NCBI GenBank assembly: GCA_034432445.1
Contig: DAOUBX010000204.1
Coordinates: 2,143 to 66,142 of the forward strand
Direction: 5' to 3'
DNA: 64,000 nt
From: Anaerolineales bacterium
GTDB lineage: Bacteria > Chloroflexota > Anaerolineae > JAAEKA01
This document shows, in pieces, positions 9,092 to 17,331 of this stretch. Position 1 is the first letter of the stretch, and every line of letters begins with the position of its first letter. Position numbers and translations under genes: made by a program. Under the pieces are notes generated by a model. That model was not told the DNA's origin. It did no database searches and saw only the letters and a list, made by a program, of their open reading frames with translations.

Positions 9092-9136
9092 CCCAACAAA
9101 ACAAACAGCCTCGACCGTCCAATGGTCGAGGCTGTT
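9092..9136 (-). terminator. Rho-independent terminator of the TetR-family gene
   Basis: Minus strand reads AACAGCCTCGACC-ATTGGAC-GGTCGAGGCTGTT followed by TGTTTTGTTGGG. A 13-bp perfect stem plus U-rich tract, 20 nt past the TetR stop. Confidence 0.7.
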
Positions 9137-9157
9137 GCCTTTCATACGACAGGTTGC

Positions 9158-9787
9158 TTAGCGAGGGCGGACGCCAATACCTACCACCAACAGATCGACG
9201 ACTTCTTCCAGGCGCTCGCCCAGGTCGAAAGCGAAGTCCTCCTGGCACCAAAGTGCCAACTGTTGATAATACAAGCCCTCCAGCACCTGGGCTACCAAAT
9301 CGGGGTCGAGCGCGGCGTGGAACTCGCCTGTTCGCTGCCCACGGCTGATCAGAATGGCGACCAAGCCGCGGAAGCCAAAGCGGCCGCTGTGGGTGGGCGT
9401 GAGATGGCTGATGCGCATTGCCTTGTCCACGGCCAAACGCACCAAGTCCTTATCTTCGGCCAGGCTATCGGCCAGGGTGCGCATAAACGTCTTGAGCGCA
9501 GTGAGGGCGCTATCCGACTGTGAGATGCGCTTGCCGGTACCATTGGCCATCGCCGCACTCAAGCGCGCGATATGGCGTTCGCCGATGTAGAGCAGCACAT
9601 CTTCTTTGGTGGGGAAATAGTTGAAGAAGGTGCCCTTGGCTACACCGGCAGCTTGGGTGATCTCTTCAACGCGCGTCTCCTCAAATCCCTGGCGCCGAAA
9701 CAGCTCCATGGCGACAGAGTAAATGTTCTCCTTGCGCTCGCGCTTGTTGTTTTCGCGTTTGTTCCAGACTTTGCGTGCCGCTGACAT
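9158..9787 (-). CDS. TetR/AcrR-family transcriptional regulator
   Basis: Start taken at MSAARKVWNKRENNKRERKENIYSVAMELFRRQGFEETRVEEITQAAGVAKGTFFNYFPTKEDVL (HTH signature). The ORF track's longer N-extension (to 9889) is probably not translated. Confidence 0.8.
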   Translation of the reverse strand: MSAARKVWNKRENNKRERKENIYSVAMELFRRQGFEETRVEEITQAAGVAKGTFFNYFPTKEDVLLYIGERHIARLSAAMANGTGKRISQSDSALTALKTFMRTLADSLAEDKDLVRLAVDKAMRISHLTPTHSGRFGFRGLVAILISRGQRTGEFHAALDPDLVAQVLEGLYYQQLALWCQEDFAFDLGERLEEVVDLLVVGIGVRPR

Positions 9788-10247
9788 AGTCGTCCTGGCT
9801 CCCTTGTCGATCGGTGAACAACGATGCTGCGTGGATCGCGGGTGTCCACGTTCTTGACGATGTCGCTGACGCTGAGCGCTGCGCCGCATCCATCAAGTCT
9901 ACATCTATGTTGACGCATCCATGCAGCAAAAGTCGCGCGCTTTTTGGCTTACAGCAAAAATACATAGCCAAAAATTCACTACCACCTATGCAGGTGGTGG
10001 GCACGTACGACCCGTCTACGGTGGGCAGCAGCTTTGCAGGCGCTGCTGTCAACGCCGATTACCCACCACGAGCCAAAGCACCTACTCCTGAACGTTGTCT
10101 TTCAAGCCAGATGGTGGGCTCGGTATGCAGTTCTTGTCAGATGGAGAAGCCACCGGGGTGCAATGAGGGAAGGTCGAGAAGTGGCTTACGCCAAGTATAG
10201 CACAGCCAGCGCCGACAGGCAAGAGAAAGGGCAAACTTGCCGGCGCC

Positions 10248-10640
10248 TTAGCGGGCACGCGCCGCGCTGCGCGCCACCAGCAAGATGCCGGCACAGATGA
10301 CCAGGATACCCAGCCAGCGCAGCAGCGGCACCGTCTCGCCCAGAATCAGCCACGACGACAAAGCGATCAGAACGAAGTTCAGCGCCAAAAAAGGATAGGC
10401 TACGCTCAAGTCCAAGCGCGTCAACGCCGCAATCCAGGTCAGCGCGGCGAGCACGTAGCAAGCCAGCCCCAGGAGTACCAGCGGCTCGGTCACGATCATG
10501 CCGATGAAACCAGCCAGGCCACCGTCGCCTGCCGGCGCAACGGCGTGATTCACTCCCAGTTTGAGCAGCGTCTGGCCGACAACACCGGCCGTAATCGACA
10601 AACCGACGAGGGTGAATGCCTTCCAGTGTGATCGTTGCAT
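10248..10640 (-). CDS. EamA/DMT-superfamily small membrane transporter (4 TM, SMR/ArnE-like)
   Basis: 130 aa with four hydrophobic helices and an EamA-like pattern. Last gene of the MoxR operon. Confidence 0.6.
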   Translation of the reverse strand: MQRSHWKAFTLVGLSITAGVVGQTLLKLGVNHAVAPAGDGGLAGFIGMIVTEPLVLLGLACYVLAALTWIAALTRLDLSVAYPFLALNFVLIALSSWLILGETVPLLRWLGILVICAGILLVARSAARAR

Positions 10641-10643
10641 AGT

Positions 10644-11627
10644 TCAGTCTGCTGTGCTAGGTGCATCGACCATCGGTTGTGCGCCGGCCGACACGGCTCG
10701 ATAGGCCAACGTCCATGCGCTGGCATCGAATACCAGATAGATGCCTTGCAGAACCAGCGAGGGTATAGCCACGATGAGCAACAGCAGTGGCAGGCCGAAC
10801 AACAGGGCCCAACCCACCGAGTCGGTCAACCAGTAGACTGCGTAGCCCAAGCCGCCCCCGATGGCCAACCCCACGGCGCCGGCTGCCAGCAGCACGGGGA
10901 TGAGCGCCAGCGCAAACACGACGCCGATCGCCGCCATCAACAGCCAGAAGACTGCCACATCGCCGGCCTTCCGCCGCGCTAGCCGCACACCCATCGCCAG
11001 CGCCTCACCCACGCTGCGGTCGGCAAGGACAATTGCGCGACGCCAAAACTGCAGCAAGACACTGACGATGACGCCGGCGAGAATCAGCAGCAAGACCACG
11101 AAGATCTCTAGCCCAACCGTTGCTGCAACGCCCATGGCCCGCAGCGCTTCGCTGTCGAAGAGGAGCAGCAGCAAAGGCGCTGCGCCCAGGGCCAACAGCA
11201 GCAGCGCTGCCAGGCTGCCGACGATCCCCACCACCAGATCGAGCAAAAACATGCGCGCTGCGCGGCGATCCCAGCCCAGGCGCAAGCCGGCGCGCCACGT
11301 GGGCGCGACGCCGCTTTCGGCAGTGGCGTCTGTGGCGCGGTAGAGGCCGGTGCGGGCCACGTATTGCACGACGGTCAACACCACGACCAGCACGAGGCCC
11401 ACGCCACAGATCAGCAGCAGAACACTGGTGATGACCACGGGTGCGACCCTGGGTAGCCGGTCAAGGGCAGGGAACGCCATGCTGACGTCGTTGCTGTTGA
11501 AGGTGTAGGTGAAGGTATTGCCGCCGCCGCTGGCGCTACTGAGAGCCAGCAGAATACCTAGAATCCACAGAACTTTGTGGCGCCACGTGATCGCAGCGGC
11601 CTTCTTGATGATGCTAACGTAATCCAT
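10644..11627 (-). CDS. Polytopic membrane protein of unknown function (MoxR-operon member)
   Basis: 327 aa, about 8 TM helices, no recognisable catalytic motif. Overlaps the upstream gene by 14 nt. Confidence 0.5.
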   Translation of the reverse strand: MDYVSIIKKAAAITWRHKVLWILGILLALSSASGGGNTFTYTFNSNDVSMAFPALDRLPRVAPVVITSVLLLICGVGLVLVVVLTVVQYVARTGLYRATDATAESGVAPTWRAGLRLGWDRRAARMFLLDLVVGIVGSLAALLLLALGAAPLLLLLFDSEALRAMGVAATVGLEIFVVLLLILAGVIVSVLLQFWRRAIVLADRSVGEALAMGVRLARRKAGDVAVFWLLMAAIGVVFALALIPVLLAAGAVGLAIGGGLGYAVYWLTDSVGWALLFGLPLLLLIVAIPSLVLQGIYLVFDASAWTLAYRAVSAGAQPMVDAPSTAD

Positions 11628-13278
11628 CGGAACCTCCTGTCGCCGCGTTGCGCCTGCTACTCAGCGCCCGCTTGATGCGTTCCCAAATCGATTTGACCAG
11701 CCGGGCCTCGTCAGAGCTGATCTCGGCCACATCGTAACGGGCCACCACAAAGGCCTCGGTCAAGGCTTCCACGTCCAGCTCAGTTTCAGGCCACGTGCTT
11801 TCCAGGTCTCGCACGAATTCCAACGGCGTCTGCGCCGGCCGCCGCGCCACACCTTGATCTGCAGCCCGGCGGAGCGTGCTCAGGTAGAAGTAGCGCACCT
11901 GCTCGCGCGGGGGCAGCGCACCCAGCCGAATGAAGCGCCACGGCTGCGCCGGCGCTGCCTTACGGGCTGCCTGGCTACGCCGGCCCGGCAGACTCACTTG
12001 CGCAGCTTGAGCCAGCCGGCCCAGCCCCTGCCACCGCGATCGGAAATAGGCCAGGAGCCTAGTCAGGGCGCTCTGCAGCTTGCCTCTTGTCACAGCAAGC
12101 CCACTCTCGCCCAGCAGGAAGCGCAGAGACAACAACAGCGCAACGACTACCACCAGCCACAGGCTGGCCCCGCCCAGCCAGGGCGGCAGGGCCAGCCAGG
12201 GCAGAGAGGGCGCCATAGCGGCCGGTCCTATCTCCTGTGGCATCTCTGGCATGGGCGCATCCTGGCCTGCCAGGCGTAAGAGCAAAGCAAAGAGCGTGGT
12301 CACCAAGAAAATGACCCACAGCACAACCTGCACAACAGCCATCAGAACGGCGTTGAGAACGGCGCCGATTTGCCAGGTGGAGCCCAACGGGAGCAGAGCT
12401 GCCAGCAGGCCGATGCCGACGATGATCAAGAGACTGAAGCGGCTCCAACGGCCAGGCAAATGCTCAGGCATCTCCACGCCGTCTTGCAGCCACTGTGCGC
12501 GCAGCACGGCGAGCCGCGCCTGGCTGATCAACACCAGGCCGATCCAAAAATAGACCACGCTTGCGACAACAATCTGAGGAGGAATGCCCATGATGAGCAC
12601 GTTCAGGCTCCATCCCGGGCCGAACCGCACCCGCGTAACGGCTGCACAGAAGGCGAGGAAGATGCCGCCCAGGAGCCACTGGCTGGTGTATTGATCCACC
12701 AGCTCAGAGCGCGACACGTAGGCACGTTCTGGCATGCGACCAAGTCGCCACAAATTGCCGGCCCGTCGCTCAGCGTCATAGGCCAGCTCGCCAGGCGTCA
12801 GCGCCAGCCAATAGAAGATCGTTGCCACTACGCCGGCTCGGTGCCACGCCAGCGCGCAACACAAGCTGACAGCGACAAAAAATCCATCGAAAAACGTCCA
12901 CGGTTCTAGAATCCAGCCGCGCATGGCGCCTAGGGTGGGCCACTGGCCGGACCAGGCCCAAGTAAGTAACCGCAACAGAGCCAGCATCACCAGGAATTCG
13001 GCCAGCAGGAAAGCGGTCTTTCCGGTGAGGCGTTGTGTGGGCTGGGCCAGCCACTGCGCGCTGTAAGTTCCCACCAGGGCGGCAACGAAAATCGGCAACG
13101 GCGCCCAGCGCAGCGCCGGATTAGCGCTAATGACCAGCGCGACGAGCCAGGGCCCCATGGCCAGGCACGTCGCTTGCAGGGCAATCAGCCATGGGCGAGC
13201 AACCTGGCTTTGCCAAGCCGAGTCCTGCAGGCTATCCGCACGGCCGAGGGGCGATAACTCATCGGTTTGACTCGTCAT
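11614..13278 (-). CDS. Membrane protein with C-terminal DUF4129 domain (transglutaminase-operon type)
   Basis: Start set at MTSQTDELSPLG (ATG at 13278 overlapping the DUF58 stop as ATGA). The track's longer ORF would overlap DUF58 by 200 nt. Multi-TM N-terminus with a cytoplasmic C-terminal domain (...TPLEFVRDLESTWPETELDVEALTEAFVVARYD...) characteristic of DUF4129. Confidence 0.6.
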   Translation of the reverse strand: MTSQTDELSPLGRADSLQDSAWQSQVARPWLIALQATCLAMGPWLVALVISANPALRWAPLPIFVAALVGTYSAQWLAQPTQRLTGKTAFLLAEFLVMLALLRLLTWAWSGQWPTLGAMRGWILEPWTFFDGFFVAVSLCCALAWHRAGVVATIFYWLALTPGELAYDAERRAGNLWRLGRMPERAYVSRSELVDQYTSQWLLGGIFLAFCAAVTRVRFGPGWSLNVLIMGIPPQIVVASVVYFWIGLVLISQARLAVLRAQWLQDGVEMPEHLPGRWSRFSLLIIVGIGLLAALLPLGSTWQIGAVLNAVLMAVVQVVLWVIFLVTTLFALLLRLAGQDAPMPEMPQEIGPAAMAPSLPWLALPPWLGGASLWLVVVVALLLSLRFLLGESGLAVTRGKLQSALTRLLAYFRSRWQGLGRLAQAAQVSLPGRRSQAARKAAPAQPWRFIRLGALPPREQVRYFYLSTLRRAADQGVARRPAQTPLEFVRDLESTWPETELDVEALTEAFVVARYDVAEISSDEARLVKSIWERIKRALSSRRNAATGGSDGLR

Positions 13279-14531
13279 AGCGCAACACCGCGATAGGCAA
13301 ACACACGCGCGCCGCTTGATGCCTGTAAACGGTTCAGGTCTGCTTCCGACGCCACTTGATACGCATGGAAACCCAAGCGCCGCGCGCGCTCCTGCACGAA
13401 ATCGAAACGCCCATAAGGCTCGACAACCAACATCACCGCGTTCAAGCCGGCGCGCACCAAGCCATGCAACCCCTGGCAAGCCGTCTCATCGCCGCTAGGT
13501 GTGATGGTGATCACGGTGGTGCCCCAGGGCAAGGACGCAGCGATGCGGGGCAACCAACTGACAAAAGGCTCTTCTTCGTCCAGCAACTCGACGCGCGCCA
13601 GTTGCTCCAGGACCTTCATCAAATGCGCGCGACCCGGCCGCGGCGGGAGGGGGGGCGGTCGCCTGCTTGTGCTCTCGACCGGTGCTTGCTCCTGTTCCAG
13701 TGTCGAGATGACGCCGTGCACCGCCAGACCGACGGCCTGTCGCCGGCTTTCCAGGTACGCAGCCACCGAGGCCGCCACAACGATCGCCCACTCGCTGGCG
13801 TCGTAACGTCGCTGGCGCTCGTAGTCGCCGGCGCGCAGGTTGAGCAAGATCATGCTCTCTAAGGAGATGGCGGGCGAGAACTGCTTGACCAGCAGTGCAT
13901 CGCCGTGAGCGCTAGCTTTCCAGTTGATGCGACGTAACGAGTCGCCGGCCTGGTAGTCGCGCACGCCGCGCAAGCGCGCAGGGTCTTCGAACATGCGCTG
14001 CGGGCTGTGCAACACACCGAAAGGCAGCCGCGAGGGCAAGCCCAGCCCTGCCAAGGGAATGATGCGCGGATAGACGGTTAGGAACTGCTGCGCTTCCTCG
14101 CGGCCCTGAACATCGGCGAAGCCAAACAAATCGCCGCTGTTCAGGCGCAGAGGGCCGACAGCGTAGTAGCCGCGGCGCACGCAGCGCAGGCTATAGCTGA
14201 TGGTCACTGCCTCGCGCGGTCGCAAGGTGTAAACACGACGAATATGAGTGGCTGTGGCCAACTGCAGCGGCAGAGACTCGCTCACCCGCAGCCAAGGAAT
14301 GGGCAGCCGCGTTTGGTTGCGCAGCTCCAGAGTGACCGGAACGACTTCGCCGAGGAAGGCGTGGTCAACAAAGGACCGGCGAATGGTCAGGGCGCGTAGA
14401 CTACGGGGCGTTGCCCAACGCGCCAGCAGCCAGATGCCGCCCACCACGTAAAGCACGTAGAAGACGAAATTCAGCCGCAGCAACAGGGCGATGACAAGCA
14501 AGGCGCCCAGCAGGTAGGGCAGCTCGCGCAT
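13275..14531 (-). CDS. DUF58-domain (vWA-like) protein, MoxR partner
   Basis: 418 aa. N-terminal two TM helices then DUF58 core (...GDLFGFADVQG..., RDYQAGDSLRRINWKASAH...). Classic position between MoxR and a DUF4129/transglutaminase gene. Confidence 0.75.
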   Translation of the reverse strand: MRELPYLLGALLVIALLLRLNFVFYVLYVVGGIWLLARWATPRSLRALTIRRSFVDHAFLGEVVPVTLELRNQTRLPIPWLRVSESLPLQLATATHIRRVYTLRPREAVTISYSLRCVRRGYYAVGPLRLNSGDLFGFADVQGREEAQQFLTVYPRIIPLAGLGLPSRLPFGVLHSPQRMFEDPARLRGVRDYQAGDSLRRINWKASAHGDALLVKQFSPAISLESMILLNLRAGDYERQRRYDASEWAIVVAASVAAYLESRRQAVGLAVHGVISTLEQEQAPVESTSRRPPPLPPRPGRAHLMKVLEQLARVELLDEEEPFVSWLPRIAASLPWGTTVITITPSGDETACQGLHGLVRAGLNAVMLVVEPYGRFDFVQERARRLGFHAYQVASEADLNRLQASSGARVFAYRGVAL

Positions 14532-14586
14532 GATAGCTCACGCACAGCAACAAGATGGGCAAACAGACGATGCTGGGTAACTCTAT

Positions 14587-14698
14587 CCAGGTGCCGGCCA
14601 TAGGGAGCCATCCGGGAGGGACGTGCGACCGGTTTGCTGCCCGAGTCGGCTCTGCGGACACCCTAGCAAACCCAGACTCACGTGCCCGACACCATTGG
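14587..14698. repeat. MITE/REP-like element, copy B
   Basis: AGGTGCCGG...CGACCGGTTTGCTGCCCGAGTCGGCTCTGCGGACACCCTAGCAAACCCAGACTCACGTGCCCGACACCATTGG. It lies in the intergenic gap between the DUF58 and MoxR genes. Confidence 0.65.
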
Positions 14699-14782
14699 CT
14701 GAATGGTTACGCTGTTTGCCAAACGCTAACTGAACAATGCGCACAGAACGCTGACAACGGCTCAAGCCATGCCATCCGAGGG

Positions 14783-15733
14783 CTAGCCCAGGCGGCCAAT
14801 ATCGAGCGGCGTTTCGGCCAGGATCTCTTGCACCACCGAAGCAGCAGTGCGCCCGCGCAAGGCGCTTTCGGGGCGCACCAAGCAGCGATGCGCCAGCGCA
14901 AGCGGCGCCAAGAGCTTGACGTCGTCAGGCAGCACATAAGAGCGACCGCGCAGCGCAGCCAATGCCTGGCTAGCCTTGAACAGCGCCAGCGACCCGCGTG
15001 GGCTGGCGCCCAGCATCAGGTCGGGGTGCTGACGCGTCGCCTGCACCAGCCGCACGATGTAATCGCGCACGGTGTCGTCCACATGCACTTCCCAAACCTG
15101 CGCAGCCAACGGCACAACCTGGCCACCATCGACAACGGGGGACAAAGTTTCGATGGGGTGCTGGCGCCGCAGGTGCAACAACAACTCTTTCTCCTCCTCC
15201 AACGCCAGATAACCCAGGCTAAGTTTGAGCAGGAAGCGGTCAAGCTGCGCTTCCGGCAAAGGAAACGTGCCCTCGTACTCCACAGGGTTCTGCGTGGCCA
15301 AGACCATGAACGGCCTGGCCAGCGGCCGCGTTACCCCATCCACGGTGACCTGTCGCTCGCCCATGGCCTCTAACAACGCCGACTGCGTGCGCGGCGTGGC
15401 GCGGTTGATCTCGTCCGCCAGCAGAATATTGGCAAAAACCGGGCCGGGGATGAACTCGAACTGGCGCGTTTGCTGATTGAACACCGACACGCCGGTCACG
15501 TCGTTGGGCAACAGATCGGGCGTGCATTGCAGACGCTTGAACGACATCCCCAGGCTGACGGCCAGCGCACGCGCCAACATGGTCTTACCCACACCAGGCA
15601 CGTCCTCCAGCAGCACATGCCCATCGCACAAGAGCGCCACCAGCAACAGCTCGATGACGTTGCTCCTGCCAACGATCACGCGCTCGACGTTGTCGATCAC
15701 CAGGCGAGAGAAGGAGAGGATGGCGCTGGTCAT
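14783..15733 (-). CDS. MoxR-family AAA+ ATPase
   Basis: Start taken at MTSAILSFSRLVIDNVERVIVGR. Walker A LLEDVPGVGKTMLARALA, then FKRLQCTPDLLPNDVTG, then Walker B/sensor region typical of MoxR. Confidence 0.85.
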   Translation of the reverse strand: MTSAILSFSRLVIDNVERVIVGRSNVIELLLVALLCDGHVLLEDVPGVGKTMLARALAVSLGMSFKRLQCTPDLLPNDVTGVSVFNQQTRQFEFIPGPVFANILLADEINRATPRTQSALLEAMGERQVTVDGVTRPLARPFMVLATQNPVEYEGTFPLPEAQLDRFLLKLSLGYLALEEEKELLLHLRRQHPIETLSPVVDGGQVVPLAAQVWEVHVDDTVRDYIVRLVQATRQHPDLMLGASPRGSLALFKASQALAALRGRSYVLPDDVKLLAPLALAHRCLVRPESALRGRTAASVVQEILAETPLDIGRLG

Positions 15734-15918
15734 ATGATAGCTCACAGAATCTGCAAGAAAGCGCAAGACCCGCCGGCATTCGACTTCCTCTGCGGGCCGG
15801 CCATGGGGTTGCGCTACAGCCGTCAATGGATTGTACCCCAACGCCAGCGCAATAGCAAAGCCCGGCGGCCGGGGCCGCGGGTTGGTTGTCCGAGACACAG
15901 CGCGGCGGCCGATTGCGC

Positions 15919-15947
15919 TTGACGCCGCCTGTCTAGCACGTTATAAT
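15919..15947 (+). promoter_or_regulatory. Consensus sigma-70 promoter (TTGACG-17 nt-TATAAT) for the methyltransferase gene
   Basis: Exact -10 TATAAT and near-consensus -35 with a 17-nt spacer. Leader of about 165 nt. Confidence 0.6.
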
Positions 15948-16099
15948 CGTTGCTGCGCCCCAGCTCCTGCGGATGAGAAGCTCCGCAGTGACGGCTTCAG
16001 TCGTCCGGGCGCCGCAGAGCGACTGCAGTCGCCAGTACGCAGAGCTGGGCTGCTTTCAGGACAAGCATCCTCAAGCGGGAGTTTGCAGGCAAACTGACG

Positions 16100-16115
16100 T
16101 GTTTCACGTGAAACA
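16100..16115 (+). promoter_or_regulatory. Perfect 16-bp palindrome TGTTTCACGTGAAACA directly abutting the methyltransferase start codon
   Basis: Self-complementary around CACGTG and ends 1 nt before ATG 16116. Could be a DNA operator or an RNA hairpin occluding translation initiation. Confidence 0.4.
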
Positions 16116-17030
16116 ATGAATTCACTACACCCAAATAAAACCGAGCTGTCTAGCCCTGCAGTGATCGATTACGAGGGGTCTGACTATCAAGAGCGTTTTT
16201 GGGAGCAAGGCGGTCGCGCCTACGAGGATCTGGCGGAGCGCATTGCCCTGCGCAAGCTGCTGCCGGCCAAGGGACGCCGCCTGGTCGAGTTCGGCGCTGC
16301 CTTTGGCCGCCTGGCCGACCTATACGACGGATACGATCAAGTGGTGCTCCTGGACTACTCGCGCTCTCTACTGCGCCAAGCGCAGGCGCGCCTAGGCGTG
16401 GGAGGGCGCTTCGTTTATGTGGCGGCAAACCTCTATCGGCTGCCTTTGGCCGAGGGCGTGGTCGACACGGCGGTGATGGTGCGCGTCATGCACCACCTAG
16501 CGGACGTGCCAGCCGCGCTGGCGCAGATTCGCCGCGCCGTGGCGCCAGGCGGCGTGTTCGTCGCCGAGTACGCCAGCAAGCGCCACCTGAAAGCCATTGT
16601 ACGCTACGCCCTGCGCCGGCAGGCGTGGAGCCCCTTCACCCACACGCCCTACGAGTTTGTCCCCTTGAACTTCGACTTTCACCCTGCTTGGATGACTGAG
16701 CAACTGCGCCAGGCCGGCTTTCGCATCGACCGCGAGCGGGCTGTATCGCACTTCCGCCTGCCGTTGCTCAAGCGCCTGTTCTCTCCCCAGGCGCTGGCCG
16801 CGGCGGACGGAGCCGTTCAGGGGATCGGAGCGCTGTGGAAGCTGACTCCCAGCGTCTTCGTGCGTTGCACAGTCCTCGGTACCCGACCAGACAGCCTGCC
16901 GGCAGAGCTGTTTCAGTGCCCTGAGTGCGCCGGCCGGCTGACAACGGGCGTCGACAGCCTGGACTGCACGCGCTGCGGCCGGCGTTGGTCGACCCGCGAC
17001 GCACTGTACGACTTCAAGGAACCGCTGTAA
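16116..17030 (+). CDS. Class I SAM-dependent methyltransferase with C-terminal Zn-ribbon (CxxC...CxxC)
   Basis: Motif I LVEFGAAFGRLADL, motif post-I VVLLDYS. C-terminal CPECAGRL...CTRCGRRW zinc ribbon. Confidence 0.7.
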   Translation: MNSLHPNKTELSSPAVIDYEGSDYQERFWEQGGRAYEDLAERIALRKLLPAKGRRLVEFGAAFGRLADLYDGYDQVVLLDYSRSLLRQAQARLGVGGRFVYVAANLYRLPLAEGVVDTAVMVRVMHHLADVPAALAQIRRAVAPGGVFVAEYASKRHLKAIVRYALRRQAWSPFTHTPYEFVPLNFDFHPAWMTEQLRQAGFRIDRERAVSHFRLPLLKRLFSPQALAAADGAVQGIGALWKLTPSVFVRCTVLGTRPDSLPAELFQCPECAGRLTTGVDSLDCTRCGRRWSTRDALYDFKEPL

Positions 17031-17036
17031 CTGCTT

Positions 17037-17075
17037 GGGTGCCGGGCACTTGTGAGCGCATTGCGCCGCCGCAGG
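17037..17075. repeat. Partial MITE/REP-like element, 5' end only (copy H)
   Basis: GGGTGCCGGGCACTTGTGAGCGCATTGCGCCGCC resembles the TIR-proximal end of the family. Confidence 0.35.
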
Positions 17076-17331
17076 ATGGGCCAAAGCGACGAACTTTATG
17101 CCCGTCATGCTGAGGCTCGGCGCAGCAATCTCCTGCTGGCCATGTTGCGATTGCTTCGCTGCAGACGGCTTGCAATGACAGTTGACAGGAGAAGACCGCC
17201 GATACCGTAGCATCCCACAGCCCAGCGAAGTGGACGAAGCGATGAGGTTGCAAGATGAGTTGGCGTCGCAGCAGTCTCGCTCAGACAGTGTAGACGCCGC
17301 CTGCGTGCGCAGCGCATAACGGCGATGGATG

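Noticed and set aside
9788-9889. N-terminal 34-aa extension of the TetR ORF (MRRSAQRQRHRQ...)
   Set aside because: It is a basic low-complexity extension. The canonical TetR HTH begins after the internal Met at 9787, which is the more plausible start.
15734-15898. 55-aa N-terminal extension of the MoxR ORF, and the 68-aa extension of the DUF4129 ORF (13279-13479)
   Set aside because: These extensions would overlap the upstream genes substantially. Internal ATGs give the usual family N-termini and tidy ATGA overlaps.
15948-16099. Possible SAM-type riboswitch in the methyltransferase leader
   Set aside because: No recognisable SAM-I/II/SAH conserved nucleotides. Only the terminal palindrome is clearly structured.
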